This document shows, piece by piece, positions 60,661 through 64,000 of a stretch of DNA of 64,000 bases. The notes beneath the pieces are model-generated. The model was not told the DNA's origin, searched no databases, and saw only the letters and a list, made by a program, of their open reading frames with translations. The stretch lies in contig QPMI01000283.1 of NCBI GenBank assembly GCA_004431415.1, positions 7,789 to 71,788 of the forward strand. The letters run 5' to 3'. The position numbers were made by a program, and so were the translations under genes. This DNA comes from Cyanophora paradoxa CCMP329. Its lineage: Eukaryota; Plantae; Glaucophyta. Each line of letters starts with the position of its first letter. The stretch's first letter is position 1.

Positions 60661-62335
60661 CTAGCGGCCGTGGAGGTGGCGGAGGACGGAGGAGTAGGCG
60701 AGCTCGGGGGGCGGGTCGAGGGAGAAGGAGAGGGAGATGGGCTCCCCAGCGCCCGCCCCCGCCCCCTGCCCCCCGGCCCCCGAGAGCGACGCCTGCGCCT
60801 CCCGCAGCGCCGCCTGCAGCGCCTGCCCGCGCCCCCGCCCTCAGCGCCCCCGCCCGCGCCGGGGCCCCGGCACGCCGCGAGGCCCGCACCTTCGAGTTGC
60901 CGGCCATCGCGTAGTTCCGCGGGTCCGGGTCGTACGAGCGCATGTGCAGCGGCCCCTCCGCCCCGCCGTCAGCGCCTGCACGTGCGGGCCGCCGGCAGGG
61001 GCGGGCCGGGCGGCCCCAGCGGCGAGGAGGCGGAGGGCTGCAGGGGCACGAAGACGCCGAGCGGGGCGGGGGCGGCCGGCTCGGCGGGGCGGGCCTTGCG
61101 GGCGGGGAAGGGCAGGTTCGGCGAGGAGGCCGACTGCCGCATCGCCGGCGCCTCGTTGCTCTGCGCCCCCGCCGTGAGGCGCCGACCGGGGCGGGGCGGG
61201 GCGGGGGCACGGGCGGACGACGCCGGGGCGGATGCGGGGGAGGAGCAGGCCCGGGCGGTCGGAGAGGCGCGCCTCGACGGCGTGCTGCCGCCGCAGCTCG
61301 TTCTCCGCGTTCTTCACCCGCATGTTCTGCCGCGACCGGTCCTCGTTCATCGACTTCACCAGCTCCTGCTGCTCCCGCTCGATTCGCAGCTGCCGCCCAC
61401 CCTCAGCCAAGTCAAAGCCAGCAGGCCGGGGCCGGCGCGCTCGCCTGCAGCGCGTTCGCCTCGATCTTGTGCTTCTCCCGCAGCATGGAGAAGCGCACGC
61501 GACTCTCTTGCTCCAGCTTGCGCAGCCAGTCCTGCGCCCCCCGCTCGCCCCGAGAAAAGAAAAGGAAAGGAAGGAGGCGCGCTCGCCTGCTCCTCCTGTA
61601 TCTTCCTTGCGTCCGCGGCCTGCGCGGGGCGGCGGGGGCCCGTCAGCCGCCGGGCGGCCGGGCTGCCGGCGGCGCGCACCCGCTTGTAGTCGGCGGCCTC
61701 CTGGTAGCGCTTCTGGCGCCCGAGCGTGCGGCACACGGCGAACATCTCCAGCAGGTGCGGCGAGTACCTGCGCCCTGCTCGCCCGGCGGCGCGGCGGACT
61801 GCGCCGCTGCTGCGCCGCCCAGCTAAGCAGCTGCGGCCGGAAGTCGTCAGGACGTCAGCCCCGCGCGGCGGCGAGCGAGACGAGGGTCGTCTCGGTGACC
61901 TGCTGTTGTTGAGAGCCCTGCTGGTTCTTCAGCTGCTTCTTCCGGTCCTCCGCGAGCCTGGGGGGCGGCGATCAGTTCTGGCCCAAGAGCTAGCGGGGCC
62001 GGCTATAGCTAAGCTCTTCTGCCGATCTGTACGCTGCCCGAGAACCGCCTAGGCGACGCCCCGCCGCCTAGCTACCCAGAACAGCACCCTCGAGCGTTGC
62101 CCGGGATAGGGCGCACTGCTTCTTTAGCTCGTCCACGAGAGTCCGAAGCTGTTCTGCTTCGGTATAGTCCATTTCGAGTTCAAACTCCAGCATTTGCTTC
62201 TCCAGGATCCGGCTGCGACGAGTTGTTCAGGCGCGGGCCTGGCGGGCGGGGTCGGCGCTCTCACATCTTGGTTTCCAGGTTCTCATCGGCTCCATCGAGG
62301 TACAGAGTGGGCTGCGCCTCCAGCGGTTCTTCCAT
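60661..62335 (-). CDS. Hypothetical coiled-coil protein (multi-exon)
   Basis: aaaaaaATG start; exons MEEPLEAQ...RILEKQMLEFELEMDYTEAEQLRTLVDELKK|QLAEDRKKQL, YSPHLLEMFAVCRTLGRQKRYQEAADYKR and LRIEREQQELVKSMNEDRSRQ. Some junctions unresolved. Confidence 0.6.
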
Positions 62336-62690
62336 TTTTTTGTGGACGGGGGGTAGAGCGCGGAGGCGAAGGAAAGCGCGAAGGCAAAAGATTGAGCCCA
62401 GGTGCTCAGCACGCAGAAACATTTGTCAGGCTTAGCCGTCCAGAGCGCGGGACAACATGTTCGTCCAGCGGCGGTAGCGCCGGGCGAGGGCGCGACCTCG
62501 CAACGCCGGCGCGCACCGCAACGAGCAGCAGCCTCGCAGCGTGCGCCCTTGTCCCCGAAGCGGTACGCCCCGTAGCCGCCTTCAGATCCATCGCCTTCTC
62601 GCTCTTCAGCTCCGTCGGCTAGCAGCAGTAGCGCCCGCTGTGGGCGCGCACCGCGCAATAAGCAGCAGGCCTCGTAGCTGATCTCAGAAG

Positions 62691-63638
62691 ATGATCTCGG
62701 CGACGCTCGCGGTTAACCTGAACCTGAACCTCGCGTTCCCGGCGTACGAGCTGCACGAACTTGTCACGGCGCACGCGGATCAGATCTGTGATATCGCGGC
62801 GCGCTACAATCTTCACGACGTCTGCGTCTTCGGCGCCGCTGTCGCAGATCGACCCGACCCCTTCTTTGGCACGCCGCCATCGATATCCCGGCCCAGCTCC
62901 CGGCTGTAGGCTGACCGTCGCGCTCGCAGACGTGAACTTCCTGGTGAGGAAAGGGGAGGGGGCGAGGATTGCGGCCTTCGACGGGGAGGTCTCGGCGCTC
63001 CTGCGCGGCCTGCGCGTGAACAGCACGACCGAGGAAGCGCTCGGGAGCGCCGCCGGCCTCTTCCGCCTCGCCGCCGCCCGCCACCGCGAGATCCTGCGCG
63101 TCGCCCGCGAGAACCCCCTCGCCCTCTTGTCCCTCAAGTCGGTCCGCCGCGCCCTCGTCCGCACCCGCAGCGCGCCCCGCCCGCCACCCACGCAGGCGCG
63201 CCGGCCGCGATGCGGCAGAGCGCGGTGGCGGACCTGTCGGACTCGGGGCTGGCAGCGGCGATGGAGTCTGCGGAGGCGCGCGGGGCGGCGCTGCGGCTGG
63301 AGGCGCTGACGGCGCGGCAGCTGCAGGCGGCGGGGGAGATCGGGCGGCTGGCGGGGGCGCACGAGGCGGCCCTCGCGCCGCTGCTGCGGGCCCCCGAGGC
63401 GGCGGCCCTCGCCTTCGCGGCCCGCCACGCCGCCGCCGCCGAGGGCCTCCTGCGCGCCCTCCTGCCCCCGTCCCTCCCCGACGAGATCGCCGCCCTCATC
63501 CTCGCCCGCCTCCGGCCCCCGGGGCACCTCGCCTCCCGCCCCCTCCCGGCCCCGCAGCTGCCCGCGCCCGCGCCCCACGCCCCGACACCGAGCCGTGCCC
63601 CGAGCCTCTTGCTGCCACGGCCCCCTAGCTCGCTGTAG
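62691..63638 (+). CDS. Protein with degenerate bacterial-type minimal nucleotidyltransferase (MNT) domain
   Basis: After removing GC-AG intron 62869-62929: HADQICDIAARYNLHDVCVFGAAVADRPDPFF|DVNFLV...FDGEVSALLRGLRV resembles the MNT pattern IxxIAxxY...VxVFGS.ARG...SDxDxLV. Confidence 0.55.
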
Positions 63639-64000
63639 GCACCAAGCTTCATGGCTAGCTATAGGCCTGCCGGCGCCGGCACCCCGCGGCCGCCGGCCCC
63701 TCCGATCCGCGCCGGCGCCAGCCTGGCAGCGCCGACGTTGCTGCGGGCCTCTCTGTCCGAGCCGGCGCCCCTAAGCCCTTGAAGCCCTGGTCGGCGCCGT
63801 CGTATCCAGCGCTAGCGCCAGCACGGCGCCGCGGCACAGCACAAGTAGTCTAGGGCGCATCTAGGGCGACACCCTAGATACTATCTAGTGGTCATCTGGG
63901 GAGTAGTCTGGACACCAGCTGCAGATGACGGCCGCGGCCGGCTGCTGGCGCCGGCCGCAGCGCTGCGCGCGCGCGCCCGGCGCTCAGCGCCAAGCGCCCG

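Overview
Gene-dense, extremely GC-rich eukaryotic nuclear DNA. I can reconstruct about 21 multi-exon genes with short introns (mostly 50-75 nt). Most long ORFs in the six-frame track are GC-content artefacts or intron read-through. In order, the genes are: SMCHD1-like GHKL ATPase (truncated by the window edge), FkbM methyltransferase, cupin, SERRATE/ARS2, an ~11 kb CUB/EGF/beta-helix multi-pass membrane protein, an ICL/PEP-mutase-family lyase, a CEP104-N-like/IQ protein, a FAM173-like methyltransferase, TMEM209, a plastid-type ECF/CbiO ABC ATPase, a LARP6-like protein, FEN1, a membrane-anchored RING protein, an ATP-grasp-like hypothetical protein, a beta-helix-BTB protein, a 'YTD'-repeat coiled-coil protein, kinesin, F-box/LRR, RNF113A/Cwc24, a coiled-coil hypothetical protein and a degenerate bacterial-type minimal nucleotidyltransferase. 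A Phe-containing transit peptide (MSAAF...) together with flagellum-type genes suggests a flagellated primary-plastid alga such as a glaucophyte; this is inference only. The most striking signals are architectural. (i) A saw-tooth G-versus-C strand-skew wave of a few hundred nt is written into synonymous codons and phased with introns. (ii) About 40% of introns are GC-AG, biased to gene 3' halves, with C-rich 5' halves and G-rich 3' ends in place of a polypyrimidine tract. (iii) 18 of 21 genes sit in tight head-to-head pairs with AT-richer, CTAG-rich 5' zones. All exon structures and family calls were made by eye from remembered motifs; no searches were run. Several single-base frameshifts in G/C homopolymers are probably assembly errors.
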